The notes under the pieces are model-generated. The model was given only the letters and a program-made list of their open reading frames with translations, ran no database searches and was not told the DNA's origin. DNA of 64,000 nt. Origin: an uncultured Clostridium sp. (lineage in GTDB: Bacteria; Bacillota; Clostridia; TANB77; CAG-508). Position 1 is the first letter of the stretch; the number at the start of each line of letters is the position of its first letter. A program made the position numbers and the translations under genes. The stretch is from positions 33,808 through 97,807 of the forward strand of contig CAMUDX010000001.1 in assembly GCA_947087745.1 (NCBI GenBank). Reading direction: 5' to 3'. This document shows positions 1-10,012 of the stretch, piece by piece.

Positions 1-126
1 GCTCCATCAAACACTTTATTATTACCACATAATAGTATATTTATCATTTTTTACCCCTATTAAAAGAATAGACTTAATTTATAATTTTTGTTTCTATAAA
101 TAAGTCTATTGCATTATATATTATTT

Positions 127-1227
127 TTAATTTTTTTTCAACTCATTTTTTTCTTCTTCGACATTTTTTATTTCATTTTTCATTTCTTCTTTTATTATTT
201 CTTCTGTTTTTTCTTCTATTTCGTTATTTTTTCCCTTTATTTCATTTATTATTACAACTATTCCACTTATTAATACAAATAAATAGAAATTAACTCCTCT
301 ATTTAGTAATACAGCACTATGTATCATAGTTGTACTATATATTGTTTTAAATATTTCTATAAATGCACCTTCAGTTACTCCTACAGCTCCTGGTGAAGGT
401 ATTGCAGATACTGTTGCATATACAATTGATTGTAATGAAATAATTCTGAAAATGCTGTGTTGTGAAAATCCTAATGCACAATATACCGAATATGTTATAC
501 TGTAATATAATATAAATTGTATGCCAGTTGTAAGTATTGTCTTTAATATTAATTTTTTATTATTTTTTATATACTTTGCACTATATTGATATTTTATTAA
601 TTCATTTTCAAACTTTTCTTGCTTCTTTTCTATATTTTTAACTCTAAAAAATTTTAGTACTTTTATTGCAATGTTTATTAATCCTTTTGACATTCTTCTT
701 GAAAATATTCCTACTATTAATAACCCTAATGCACTTGCATTAAATACTATTCCCATTATAAATAATGCTATTAATCCACCTTGTAAATATTGATAGTTGA
801 ATATTACACTAACTAATGCAAATCCAATTGTTATTATTTGCATACTGCTTAAACTTATTAATAGTGCTAGTGTTGAATTTGCAACAGATATATTATCTTT
901 ATACATATAGTATACCTGCATTGGTTGCCCTCCACTTGCTGCTGGTGTTATTGAACTAAAGAAAAATCCTATTAGTGCATATTTTAGATTCTTTAAAAAT
1001 GTTGATTTTTCATTTAATGCTTTTAGTGTTCTCCCTATGTTTATTGCTTCACATACCATATATAATGCCATACATGTTATTGCTATGAATATAAATTCTA
1101 CTTTTACTGATTTTATTATTTCTAATATCTGCATTATACTTTGGTCTTTTAATAATATATACAAAGTTAATACTATCAAGCATAAAAATAATATGAAATT
1201 TCTTATTAATTTCCCATTTTTCTTCAC
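127..1227 (-). CDS. Integral membrane protein, lysyl-phosphatidylglycerol-synthase TM-domain / UPF0104 flippase-like family
   Basis: 366-aa polytopic ORF. Motifs SSITPAASGGQPMQ and PSPGAVGVTEGAF are typical of this family. GTG start with AGGGGA upstream. K/E-rich C-terminal tail. Confidence 0.6.
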   Translation of the reverse strand: MKKNGKLIRNFILFLCLIVLTLYILLKDQSIMQILEIIKSVKVEFIFIAITCMALYMVCEAINIGRTLKALNEKSTFLKNLKYALIGFFFSSITPAASGGQPMQVYYMYKDNISVANSTLALLISLSSMQIITIGFALVSVIFNYQYLQGGLIALFIMGIVFNASALGLLIVGIFSRRMSKGLINIAIKVLKFFRVKNIEKKQEKFENELIKYQYSAKYIKNNKKLILKTILTTGIQFILYYSITYSVYCALGFSQHSIFRIISLQSIVYATVSAIPSPGAVGVTEGAFIEIFKTIYSTTMIHSAVLLNRGVNFYLFVLISGIVVIINEIKGKNNEIEEKTEEIIKEEMKNEIKNVEEEKNELKKN

Positions 1228-1271
1228 TTTTTATGCATCCCCTTATTATTGTTTTATTTTTCTTTTGTTTA

Positions 1272-1991
1272 TTATTGTATTGTTTCAATTGCTTCTTTTG
1301 TTACTTTGTTTTTATCAAATTTGTTTATTATAAATACTATTATTGCTACAATTACTAATACTATTGCATATAAGATTAGACTCGTTTTCCAATCTCCTTT
1401 TGCTAAACTTGCTCCTGCTAATGTCGATGATATTATTGATGGTATTCTAGCAAATGTTGATATTATTATAAATCTTGTTGCTTTTATTGGTAATAGACCA
1501 GCTATATATGTTAATAAATCTTTTGGTGTTCCTGGTATTAAAAACAATATTAGCATTATCATTTCTATTTTCTTTGGATTTTGAAATGTTTTACTATTTT
1601 CTATTTTTCTTACTTTTTTAGGGTCACAAAATTCATATACAAACTTTTTTCCATATTTTTTTACTAATAAAAATATTGCTGTTGCTATTATTGCACAGGA
1701 TGTCATTATAAATATTGTTCCCCATATTCCTCCATAACACATTCCTGCTAATATTTCTATTGGTTCTCCTGGTACTATTATTAGAAATATTTGTGCTACC
1801 TGTAATCCAAATAGTATTAATAATCCTAATATTCCTGATTCATTTACTCTTTCTTTGAAGGCTATTTGTCCTTCTACACTTGATAGCTGTTTCATAACTG
1901 GTATTAGATATATGATTATTCCTACACATAAAGCAAGTACTAGTATTGTCATTATTATTCTAAATATTTTTATTTTTTTACTTTTCTTCAT
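1272..1991 (-). CDS. TVP38/TMEM64 (SNARE-associated, DedA-related) family membrane protein
   Basis: PGEPIEILAGMCYGG motif and multi-TM profile. Start moved to ATG 1991 (MKKSKKIKIF) because GAGGGA lies 5 nt upstream. The track start at 2060 has no SD. Confidence 0.65.
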   Translation of the reverse strand: MKKSKKIKIFRIIMTILVLALCVGIIIYLIPVMKQLSSVEGQIAFKERVNESGILGLLILFGLQVAQIFLIIVPGEPIEILAGMCYGGIWGTIFIMTSCAIIATAIFLLVKKYGKKFVYEFCDPKKVRKIENSKTFQNPKKIEMIMLILFLIPGTPKDLLTYIAGLLPIKATRFIIISTFARIPSIISSTLAGASLAKGDWKTSLILYAIVLVIVAIIVFIINKFDKNKVTKEAIETIQ

Positions 1992-2202
1992 TTTATCCCT
2001 CTTTTGGACATTTTTCTTGCTCCTAATTTTTATTATAGCTTTTACATATTGGTTTGTCAAACATTTATATTATTTTAATTAGTAGTATTTTTTTCTAAAT
2101 TAGTATATAACTAACATGTTTAAAAATAGAATATGATTTTCTATATTTTGAGTTCTTTACTGTATATGGGATTATAACAACTTTTGTTTTTCCTAGCACA
2201 TA

Positions 2203-2278
2203 TTATATATTTTTTTCATTTTGCTTTTTTGCTAGTCAGCGGGAATTCCCGCCGACTAGCAAAATTAGTTGTTTTTTT
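2203..2278. repeat. Copy of a dispersed hairpin repeat (core gctagtcagcgggaattcccgccgactagc, 2231-2260)
   Basis: Long imperfect palindrome with a GCGGGAATTCCCGC core. Flanks (atat..ttttt..gctttttt / gcaaaat.agtt.ttttttt) are shared with the copies at 48378-48450 and 48491-48567. Confidence 0.8.
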
Positions 2279-2327
2279 AAAAATATATAATAACATATAA
2301 ACTCTATTTTCTCTACACAACTAAGTT

Positions 2328-4988
2328 TTATATATTATTCTTTCTAATTGTTTCTATTATGTTTTGATTATTAATTTTATTTAATGAATATCTCATAATT
2401 CCACCAATTAGAATAACTACAGCAACTATAGAAATTATAATTCCATTTTCAGGTAAAATGTATCCCATTGTTATATTATTTACAAATCCTTTATATATTA
2501 AATAAGATAACAATAATCCAACAGGAATTCCTATAATTAATGATTTTAGCCCATAAAATAAACTTTCTAAACGAATCATTTTATTGAATTCTTTTTTTGT
2601 CATACCTATTGATTTTAAATTAGCAAATTCCTTTTGTCTTAATTCCATATTAGTAGTTATTGTATTAAATATATTTGTTACACCAATCAATGATATTACT
2701 GTTATAAATCCATATAAGAAAATTGCAATTACAATCCACATAGCCTTTTCATTTCTTACACTTTCTTCTAAATTACTAATGTTAAAGTTACTCGTACCAT
2801 AGTTGTTTTTAATATATGTTTCAAAATTACTAGTATTTCTAGCTTCTATATACATATGAATATAATCATCTATATTTTTTTCATACTCATCAATAAATTC
2901 ATCACTTACAATAATGTATCCTGACAAAGAATTTCTGTTTTCTAATCCTTTTGGATGATTTGATGTAATCCCTGCAATTTCTATACTTATTTCATCATCT
3001 TCTGCTCCAGCTGTAAGATTAATTGTGTCTCCTTTTTTATAGTCATATATTCTAAACATTTGGTAAGTTGACTTGTTATTTATTGTAACATATTCAGTAC
3101 AATCATCAACTAAAATTGCTTTATCTTTTACATCATCATATTTCAATCCAAGCTCTTTAATAAATCTATCATATTCTTGTTTTCCTAGTGCTTTCATTTC
3201 TAAAGTAACCCCTGTTGTTTCACTTTCTGCTTCTGGGTATATTTCTTTGTATTTCTCTGAATAATGCTCCATCATCTCTTGTGAATTTACTAACATACTT
3301 CTTATTATTGAATATGATTTTACTTCAGAATTTTTTGATATTTCTTTCATATCTTGTAAGCTTTTTTTGCTAGATTCTGAGTCTTCATCATTTGAAAATA
3401 TTGCCATATTATATTTATAGTCTTTATAATATATGCCACTTGTTTTAAATGCATAATTCATAAATGATGACATTGCTATAAATATTGAAACACTTACTAC
3501 TATTGATATTACAGTAGTTCTGTATTTTTTATTATTCCTTTTTAAATTTTTATATGCAATATCTCCACCTATTCCGAAAACTTTTTTAACCAATTTTGGT
3601 GATTTTAACTTCTTAGACTTTATTTTAATATCTTGATTACTTCTTATTGCCTCTATTGGAGATATCTTAGATGCTTTTCTTGCAGATTTTCTTGCAGACC
3701 AATATATTGTTATTCCACTCAATAGTATTGCTATTAATATAGCTATAATGTTTGTAGAAAATATAAGGTCCATTCCATATAAACTTTCTCTTAATATAGT
3801 TTTTATTACTTGTAATAAGATAAAAATAGCTCCTAATCCTGAAATTATTCCTATAGGTATACCAATTATAGCTAATATAAATCCTTCATATAAAACATTT
3901 CTTTTTATTTGCTTAGAAGTTGCTCCAATTGATGCTAACATACCATACTGTTTTGTCTTTTCTGTTATTGATATTTCAAAACTATTTCTTATGCAAAATA
4001 CAGATGTTACAATAATTATACCTATTACTACTGCTGCAACTGTATAAAGCATTGTTAATGTGCCTTTGCTAAATTGTGAATTTTCCCATCTTATTAAACC
4101 ACTATTTACATCAAATTGATATTTTAAATTTGCATAATCTTCCACCGATAAATCTTCTATAACTTTTTCATCTACTTGCTGTATTTCTGCAGTTGTTGCT
4201 GTTTGCTTATCTAAATTTTTATATCTTGTATATACATTTATATTTTTTCCGTTGTTATAATTTTCTAATAGTGTTATAACTGTATATCCTGGTGCTCTAA
4301 ATCCTTCAATGTTCCAGCTAGGTCTTTCCATTATTCCTACTATTTTGTATTTTTGTGTAAATTCAGGAACAAGTTCTTCTGGGATAAATTCTTCTATATC
4401 TGTTCCAATTTCATTACCTTCATTTGTTTCTTCTGACTTCGTTTGAGTTTTATAGTCTTCTTCTAGGATATATGGATTATTTTGGTCTAACTCATCTTCC
4501 CCCATCATCCTCTTTCCAATTTCTAGAGTTATTTCATCACCTATCCTTAAATCAACTTTTCCATTAGTTTGTATATGCTTAGAAATTACTATTTCGTTTT
4601 CATTTTCTGGAAATCTTCCTTCTAATAAATCTATATTTAGGTTTTTTATAGCTTCTTTAGTATATCCCATTAAATATAGATATGGTTTGTATTCATTCTT
4701 ACTTTCTTCAAATTTACTATATCCTATGTCTTGTGTTATATAAAATAATTCAATATTTCTGTTTTTTTCTATATATTTTAGTTCTTCTAGTGGAACATCT
4801 TTAAATTCGTAATGAAAGTCTCCATTTTCTGATTTTTCATATTCTATTAATGATGCTTGAAAACTTGATATTAATGTTGCTACACCTGTTATTAATGCTG
4901 TTGCTAATATTACTCCTATTATTGTTACTATAGTTCTCTTTTTGTTTAACTTTAAACTTTTTATTGTTAGTCTATTTAGTAGTTCCAT
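2328..4988 (-). CDS. ABC transporter permease with two FtsX/MacB-type modules, each with a large extracytoplasmic domain
   Basis: About 886 aa. The pattern TM, large loop, three TM occurs twice. Directly follows the ATPase gene. ATG 4988 is preferred over GTG 4997 because GGAGGTG lies 6 nt upstream. Confidence 0.8.
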   Translation of the reverse strand: MELLNRLTIKSLKLNKKRTIVTIIGVILATALITGVATLISSFQASLIEYEKSENGDFHYEFKDVPLEELKYIEKNRNIELFYITQDIGYSKFEESKNEYKPYLYLMGYTKEAIKNLNIDLLEGRFPENENEIVISKHIQTNGKVDLRIGDEITLEIGKRMMGEDELDQNNPYILEEDYKTQTKSEETNEGNEIGTDIEEFIPEELVPEFTQKYKIVGIMERPSWNIEGFRAPGYTVITLLENYNNGKNINVYTRYKNLDKQTATTAEIQQVDEKVIEDLSVEDYANLKYQFDVNSGLIRWENSQFSKGTLTMLYTVAAVVIGIIIVTSVFCIRNSFEISITEKTKQYGMLASIGATSKQIKRNVLYEGFILAIIGIPIGIISGLGAIFILLQVIKTILRESLYGMDLIFSTNIIAILIAILLSGITIYWSARKSARKASKISPIEAIRSNQDIKIKSKKLKSPKLVKKVFGIGGDIAYKNLKRNNKKYRTTVISIVVSVSIFIAMSSFMNYAFKTSGIYYKDYKYNMAIFSNDEDSESSKKSLQDMKEISKNSEVKSYSIIRSMLVNSQEMMEHYSEKYKEIYPEAESETTGVTLEMKALGKQEYDRFIKELGLKYDDVKDKAILVDDCTEYVTINNKSTYQMFRIYDYKKGDTINLTAGAEDDEISIEIAGITSNHPKGLENRNSLSGYIIVSDEFIDEYEKNIDDYIHMYIEARNTSNFETYIKNNYGTSNFNISNLEESVRNEKAMWIVIAIFLYGFITVISLIGVTNIFNTITTNMELRQKEFANLKSIGMTKKEFNKMIRLESLFYGLKSLIIGIPVGLLLSYLIYKGFVNNITMGYILPENGIIISIVAVVILIGGIMRYSLNKINNQNIIETIRKNNI

Positions 4989-5000
4989 AATTCCCACCTC

Positions 5001-5663
5001 CTAGACTATCTTTCCATCTTCGATTTTTATTACTCTATCTGCTATTTTGGCTATTTCTAGGTCATGTGTTATCATTATTATTGTTTGATTGTATTTTTGG
5101 TTTGATACTTTTAATAAGTTTACAATTTCATCACTTGATTTTGAGTCTAAGTTTCCTGTTGGTTCATCTGCTAGTACTATTGCAGGGTTATTTATCAAAC
5201 TTCTTCCTATTGATACTCTTTGTTGCTGTCCTCCTGATAACTCATTTGGTAAATGTTGTTTTCTGTTTTCTAAGCCTAAAGTTTTTAATAATTCATTTAA
5301 TTGGACTTTATCAACTTCTCTTCCATCTAAATCACAAGGAAGTGTTATATTTTCTTCTACATTTAATATTGGTATTAAATTATAAAATTGATATATTAAT
5401 CCTACTTGCCTTCTTCTAAATATTGCTAATGCATCATTATTTAGTGAATATATGTCTTTTCCTTCTATATATACTTTCCCAGATGATGGTCTATCAACTC
5501 CTCCTATTAAGTGTAATAATGTAGATTTTCCGCTTCCTGAACTTCCTACTATTGCCACAAATTCTCCCTTTTGTACTGAAAATGATATGTTGTCTACTGC
5601 TTTTACTTCATTTTCATTCTTTCCATAAGTTTTGGTTAAATTTTCTACTCTTAAAATTTCCAT
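5001..5663 (-). CDS. ABC transporter ATP-binding protein (MacB/LolD-like)
   Basis: Walker A GSSGSGKST, signature LSGGQQQRV, Walker B IVLADEPT. Strong SD (AAAGGAGGA). Confidence 0.9.
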   Translation of the reverse strand: MEILRVENLTKTYGKNENEVKAVDNISFSVQKGEFVAIVGSSGSGKSTLLHLIGGVDRPSSGKVYIEGKDIYSLNNDALAIFRRRQVGLIYQFYNLIPILNVEENITLPCDLDGREVDKVQLNELLKTLGLENRKQHLPNELSGGQQQRVSIGRSLINNPAIVLADEPTGNLDSKSSDEIVNLLKVSNQKYNQTIIMITHDLEIAKIADRVIKIEDGKIV

Positions 5664-5740
5664 TTACTTATCCTCCTTTAATTTTATTTGTTGGTTTTAT
5701 TATAATGTCTTAAAGTGACAATCAAGTGACTATTTATTAT

Positions 5741-6964
5741 TTATTTTAAATATTTTATCGTAAATGTTGTCCCTTCTCCTATTTTAGAATCTACTGATAT
5801 ATATCCATTTTGTTTTTCTATTATCGATTTTGAAAGTGAAAGACCTATTCCTATACTATTTTCATTTGAATTTGTAGTTTTATAAAATCTGTTGAATATG
5901 TTTTTTAAATCTTCTTTTTCTATGCCTTGTCCTTTATCTATTATTTTTAAACTTACATATACATTGTTTTCTTCTAATTGTATTGTGACTTTTTTGTTTT
6001 CATTACTGTGTTCAATTGCATTTTTTATAATATTTTGTATTGCTTCTTTATTCCAGTTATAGTCTCCGTTGATAGTTATTTTTTTTGTTGCCTTTAGTTC
6101 TATTTCTATTTGTTTTAACTCTGATAATACTTCTAAATTATTTATTATCTCTTTTAATAATTTATTTAAATCTACTTCTTTGTTTTCAAATTCTACTACT
6201 CCTGCTTCTAGCTTAGATAATTTTAATAATGATAATATTAAAAAGTTCATTCCTTTTATTTGCTTTATAACTTCCATTATGAATCTATTTCGAGTTTCTT
6301 CATTCATTCCTTTACTTTCTGAAATATTATCTAATAATATTTGTATAGATGTTAATGGTGTTTTTAGTTGATGTGATATGTCTGATACTGATTCTAATAT
6401 TGCTTCATTTTGCATTTTTTTATTTTCTGCTTCTTCTTTCAGAATTACTGTTATTTTGTATAGTGAGTTTTTTAGACTGTTTAACTCGTCTTCTGAGCTT
6501 TCTTCTATGTTTATGGAATAATCTTTACGTGATACTTTTTGTATATACATGTCTAGTTCATTTATTTTTTTCTGTCTTTGTCGTAAATATATTACAAATA
6601 CTATTATGTATGCGATAAATCCCACTGATATGATTCCTATATTTACATATAAACTTGTCTTTTGATTTTTTTCTATTTCTAAACTCGCAGGTATTTCCTC
6701 TGTTATTCCATATTTTTTTAATACTTCTTTTCCTTTTTCGTAATTTCCTGTACTATTTAATATATCTATAATTTTCTTATCATCAAAATCTGGATATTCT
6801 GCTTGTATCTCTCCTATTATTAATGCTATCTGCTTATGTAACTGTTTTGTATATATTTCATTCTGTACTTTTGTTGTAATTAGCATTATTATTATAGATA
6901 ATACTGCTGTTATGATGGATAATATTATATATTTTACTGCTCTTTTATTTTTTGATATTTTCAT
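5741..6964 (-). CDS. Sensor histidine kinase (two TM helices, ~75-aa extracytoplasmic loop)
   Basis: H-box SHQLKTPLTSI, N-box NAIEHS, G-box GIGLSLSKSI. Lies next to the response regulator. Confidence 0.85.
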   Translation of the reverse strand: MKISKNKRAVKYIILSIITAVLSIIIMLITTKVQNEIYTKQLHKQIALIIGEIQAEYPDFDDKKIIDILNSTGNYEKGKEVLKKYGITEEIPASLEIEKNQKTSLYVNIGIISVGFIAYIIVFVIYLRQRQKKINELDMYIQKVSRKDYSINIEESSEDELNSLKNSLYKITVILKEEAENKKMQNEAILESVSDISHQLKTPLTSIQILLDNISESKGMNEETRNRFIMEVIKQIKGMNFLILSLLKLSKLEAGVVEFENKEVDLNKLLKEIINNLEVLSELKQIEIELKATKKITINGDYNWNKEAIQNIIKNAIEHSNENKKVTIQLEENNVYVSLKIIDKGQGIEKEDLKNIFNRFYKTTNSNENSIGIGLSLSKSIIEKQNGYISVDSKIGEGTTFTIKYLK

Positions 6965-7020
6965 CTACTTTTCCTAGCAAGTGAACTTAAAGCTCACATT
7001 TTTTCCTTTCTTATAGATTG

Positions 7021-7707
7021 TTATTTGTTTTCTACCCTATATCCTAACCCTCTGACAGTTTCTATTATTTCTCCATTTTTGTCTCCTATCTTTTCTCGTA
7101 TTCTTTTTATATATACAGTTAATGTATTGTCATTTACAAAGTTTCCTGCTATATCCCATATATCGTTTAATATTTCTTCTCTTGTTATTAGCTTGTTCAT
7201 ATTGTTGAATAAGTTTAGTAATATTTTGTATTCTAATTTTGTTAATATTACTTCTTGTCCTTGATTATATACTTTTCCTGATGTTACATCAATTTTTACA
7301 TTTTTGCATATTATTTCATTATTGATTTTTTCATTTCTTCTTAATACATTTTTTATTCTTGATATTAATTCTCTGTTTCTAAATGGTTTTATTATATAGT
7401 CTTCTGCTCCTATTTCTAGTCCTTCTACTACATCTTTTTCTTCTTCTTTTGCTGTTAAGAATATTACTGGATAGCTTGTTTCTTGTTTTATGTATTTGCA
7501 TAAGTCAAATCCATTTCCATCTGGTAATGTTACATCTAATAGTATTAAATCTATTTTTTCTTGTTCTTTTTTGTTTTCTTCTATTATTGTTTTTGCTTCT
7601 TTTTTGTTTTGGGCTGTTTTTAGTTTTATTTTTTCTTCATTAAATAGATATTCTAGTCCTAATATTATTGCTTCATTATCTTCTACTAATAATATTGTTG
7701 TTTCCAT
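7021..7707 (-). CDS. OmpR/PhoB-family response regulator
   Basis: Receiver domain (LLVEDNE, LILLDVTLPDGNG, IIKPF) plus C-terminal winged helix (LTKLEYKIL...GYRV). Confidence 0.9.
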   Translation of the reverse strand: METTILLVEDNEAIILGLEYLFNEEKIKLKTAQNKKEAKTIIEENKKEQEKIDLILLDVTLPDGNGFDLCKYIKQETSYPVIFLTAKEEEKDVVEGLEIGAEDYIIKPFRNRELISRIKNVLRRNEKINNEIICKNVKIDVTSGKVYNQGQEVILTKLEYKILLNLFNNMNKLITREEILNDIWDIAGNFVNDNTLTVYIKRIREKIGDKNGEIIETVRGLGYRVENK

Positions 7708-7805
7708 TCTTTTCTTTCCTTTCTTGCCTTTAATTTATCGTTTTTTAGTATATCATCTATCTTTTTTCTTGTAAATATTTATATACTTATATACATAATT
7801 TTTAA

Positions 7806-7828
7806 GGGACTACAAAAATTGCAGTCCC
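7806..7828. terminator. Hairpin downstream of the orphan gene (gggact..agtccc)
   Basis: Stem of about 9 bp. The T-tract (cttttcc) follows on the plus strand only, so it is weak as a minus-strand terminator. Confidence 0.35.
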
Positions 7829-7887
7829 CTTTTCCAAATTATCTTGTTTGTTGTTTCTTTTGATATGGTAATCTTATGGTATATCGA

Positions 7888-8670
7888 TTATCCAATTACG
7901 CAATCTATTGCTTCCAATAAAGATTTTTTCAGTTTCGTATTGGTCTCTGTAAGAGCAATCTTCCTTTCATGATTGTTATTATCATATGAATCTTTTACTT
8001 TCCTATTAATCCAGTCCGTTATAGTCGCCATTATTACATCGACTTTATAACTTTCTTTTTCTATTGTAGCTGTAGTAATTTCTGAAGTGTCCCCTCCTTG
8101 TAAGATTCTTGAGTACATGCCCAAATACATGTTGTTATAGGTTACTGGCTCCCCCTTCTTTGATTTATTCCAATATTGTAAAACTTTCTTCATTTCTTGA
8201 CCTGAAGTAGTTGATTTCCATGATGTTGTTATGGATTTTTCTCTGCAGGAAATGTTAATTATAGCATCATGAAATGCTTTTGTCTCTTTAGCTTTTTCTG
8301 TCGGAATTGTATACAACATTCCTTCATCTCTGAACTGTGTAACAGCATTTACCAATTTTACAGTATACTTTATTATTGTAACCATGGAATCTTCTTCTGT
8401 AGGAACATTTCCTAAAGAATTTATTTCTTTTTTAAAATCCTTTATTCTTTTTAAATAGCTCCTCCAGTTTTTTTGATTTGTCGGGTATACATATATCTCA
8501 CAGTAATACTCATTATATCCGTTTTCCCTTCTTTTGTGCTGTTCTCTCCAGCCGATTCTTGCCTTTTTGCTGTTTTTATCAGATGTTTGTATTGGTATCT
8601 CCTTTCCTATTGTTTTTTTGTAGTATTCACCATACCGATTTTTCTTCCATACCATTTTCTGTTTTTCCAT
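7888..8670 (-). CDS. Hypothetical protein of no family I recognise (soluble, basic N-terminus)
   Basis: 260-aa ORF with SD AAGGAG 8 nt before the ATG and its own promoter. G+C is clearly above the surroundings (24-25 of 60 in two hand-counted lines versus about 14 of 60 in the neighbouring dinB). Confidence 0.6.
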   Translation of the reverse strand: MEKQKMVWKKNRYGEYYKKTIGKEIPIQTSDKNSKKARIGWREQHKRRENGYNEYYCEIYVYPTNQKNWRSYLKRIKDFKKEINSLGNVPTEEDSMVTIIKYTVKLVNAVTQFRDEGMLYTIPTEKAKETKAFHDAIINISCREKSITTSWKSTTSGQEMKKVLQYWNKSKKGEPVTYNNMYLGMYSRILQGGDTSEITTATIEKESYKVDVIMATITDWINRKVKDSYDNNNHERKIALTETNTKLKKSLLEAIDCVIG

Positions 8671-8717
8671 CTTGCTATCTCCTTTTAAACTTGGTGATTT
8701 ACTTGGTTTCTTTTTGT

Positions 8718-8746
8718 ATTATAACATATTACTTCTCATGTTTCAA
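8718..8746 (-). promoter_or_regulatory. Sigma-A-type promoter of the orphan gene: TTGAAA-17 nt-TATAAT with TG extension
   Basis: On the minus strand, ttgaaa is at 8746-8741 and tataat at 8723-8718, preceded by tgt. Confidence 0.5.
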
Positions 8747-8790
8747 TATTATGTTAATTATTTAAATATGATTTATAGAATATTTTCTAG

Positions 8791-9996
8791 TTATTTTAAT
8801 TTTATAATTTTATCAATGTTCATTTTTCCAGCTCTTGTTATTGATTTATATCCATATCTTTGTTTTATATCATCTATTGTTTTATCTATCTTTTCCTGTT
8901 TTTTATCTTCTTCTTTGTCAAATAAAGATAATTGAACTTCATCTTTTTCTATTAAATTGTCGACTCTCATTCCTACTAATCGTATTTCCATACCTGGCTT
9001 ATACATTTCTTCTAATAGTTTTTTAGCTTTATTGTATATATCTTTTGTATTTGATGTTGCGGTGTCTAGTCGTTGTTGGTGAGAAAAGTTTTGAAAGTCT
9101 TTTGTTCTTAATTGCACATTTACTACTTTTGCTAACATTTCGTTTTTTCTTAGTCTATATGATACTTGTTCTGTTAATGCTAATAGTATTTCTTTTAATT
9201 TTTCTATATTGGATACATCTACTGGTAATGTTGTAGAATTCCCTATTCCTTTTGGCTTTTCTTTTTTATAATGTACTTCTGAATTGTCTATTCCATTTGC
9301 ATATTCCCACATCATTTGCCCATGTTTCCCAAATCTTTTCGCTAGTATTTTTAAATCTGTTTTTGCTAAGTCTCCTATTGTTTTTATTCTCATATTATAT
9401 AACTTTGGAACTGTTTTTCTTCCTAACATAAATAGTTCTCCAACTGGCAATGTCCACATTTTAGTTGGTATTTCTTCTTTATATAATGTGTGTATTTTAT
9501 CTGGTTTTGTAAAGTCTGATGCCATTTTTGCTAATAGCTTGTTATTTGCCACTCCTACATTTACAGTAAATCCTAGTTCTTCTTTTACTCTTTTGTTTAT
9601 TTCTTTTGCTTTTTCTATTAGTGTTCCTCCTGCTAAATAATTGGTCATGTCTAGAAAGCACTCATCTATGCTAAATCTTTCTATTATATCTGTATATTCT
9701 AATAATAGACTGTATAATTTATTTGAATATTCTTTATATTTATAATAGTCTCCTTGATATACTTTTAAGTTTGGACACTTTTTTCGTGCTTGGTATAATG
9801 TTTCTCCTGTTACAATGCCACATTCTTTTGCTTTTATGCTTTTTGCTAGTACAATCCCTGAACGCATTTGTTCATTTCCTCCTATTACTGCTGGGATTGT
9901 TCTTATGTCTATCGTTTCTCCATTTTTTAACATTTCTATTGCTGTCCAACTTAAAAACGCATTATTTACATCTACATGTAATATTTGCCTTTCCAT
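8791..9996 (-). CDS. dinB: DNA polymerase IV (Y-family)
   Basis: HVDVNNAF and SIDECFLD catalytic motifs, little-finger region. Start set at MERQILHVD (ATG 9996) because a consensus promoter lies inside the longer track ORF. Confidence 0.85.
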   Translation of the reverse strand: MERQILHVDVNNAFLSWTAIEMLKNGETIDIRTIPAVIGGNEQMRSGIVLAKSIKAKECGIVTGETLYQARKKCPNLKVYQGDYYKYKEYSNKLYSLLLEYTDIIERFSIDECFLDMTNYLAGGTLIEKAKEINKRVKEELGFTVNVGVANNKLLAKMASDFTKPDKIHTLYKEEIPTKMWTLPVGELFMLGRKTVPKLYNMRIKTIGDLAKTDLKILAKRFGKHGQMMWEYANGIDNSEVHYKKEKPKGIGNSTTLPVDVSNIEKLKEILLALTEQVSYRLRKNEMLAKVVNVQLRTKDFQNFSHQQRLDTATSNTKDIYNKAKKLLEEMYKPGMEIRLVGMRVDNLIEKDEVQLSLFDKEEDKKQEKIDKTIDDIKQRYGYKSITRAGKMNIDKIIKLK

Positions 9997-10012
9997 TATT
10001 ATCACCATGGTT

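Noticed and set aside
1037-1584. Plus-strand ORFs 1037-1333 and 1249-1584 overlapping the two membrane-protein genes
   Set aside because: They are antisense artefacts inside well-supported minus-strand membrane-protein genes.
2231-2260. The hairpin repeats as ordinary Rho-independent terminators
   Set aside because: On the minus (coding) strand the stem is followed by AAAAAAGC. On the plus strand the T-run starts about 7-12 nt after the stem base. Neither matches a canonical terminator, so I kept them as a repeat family of unknown role.
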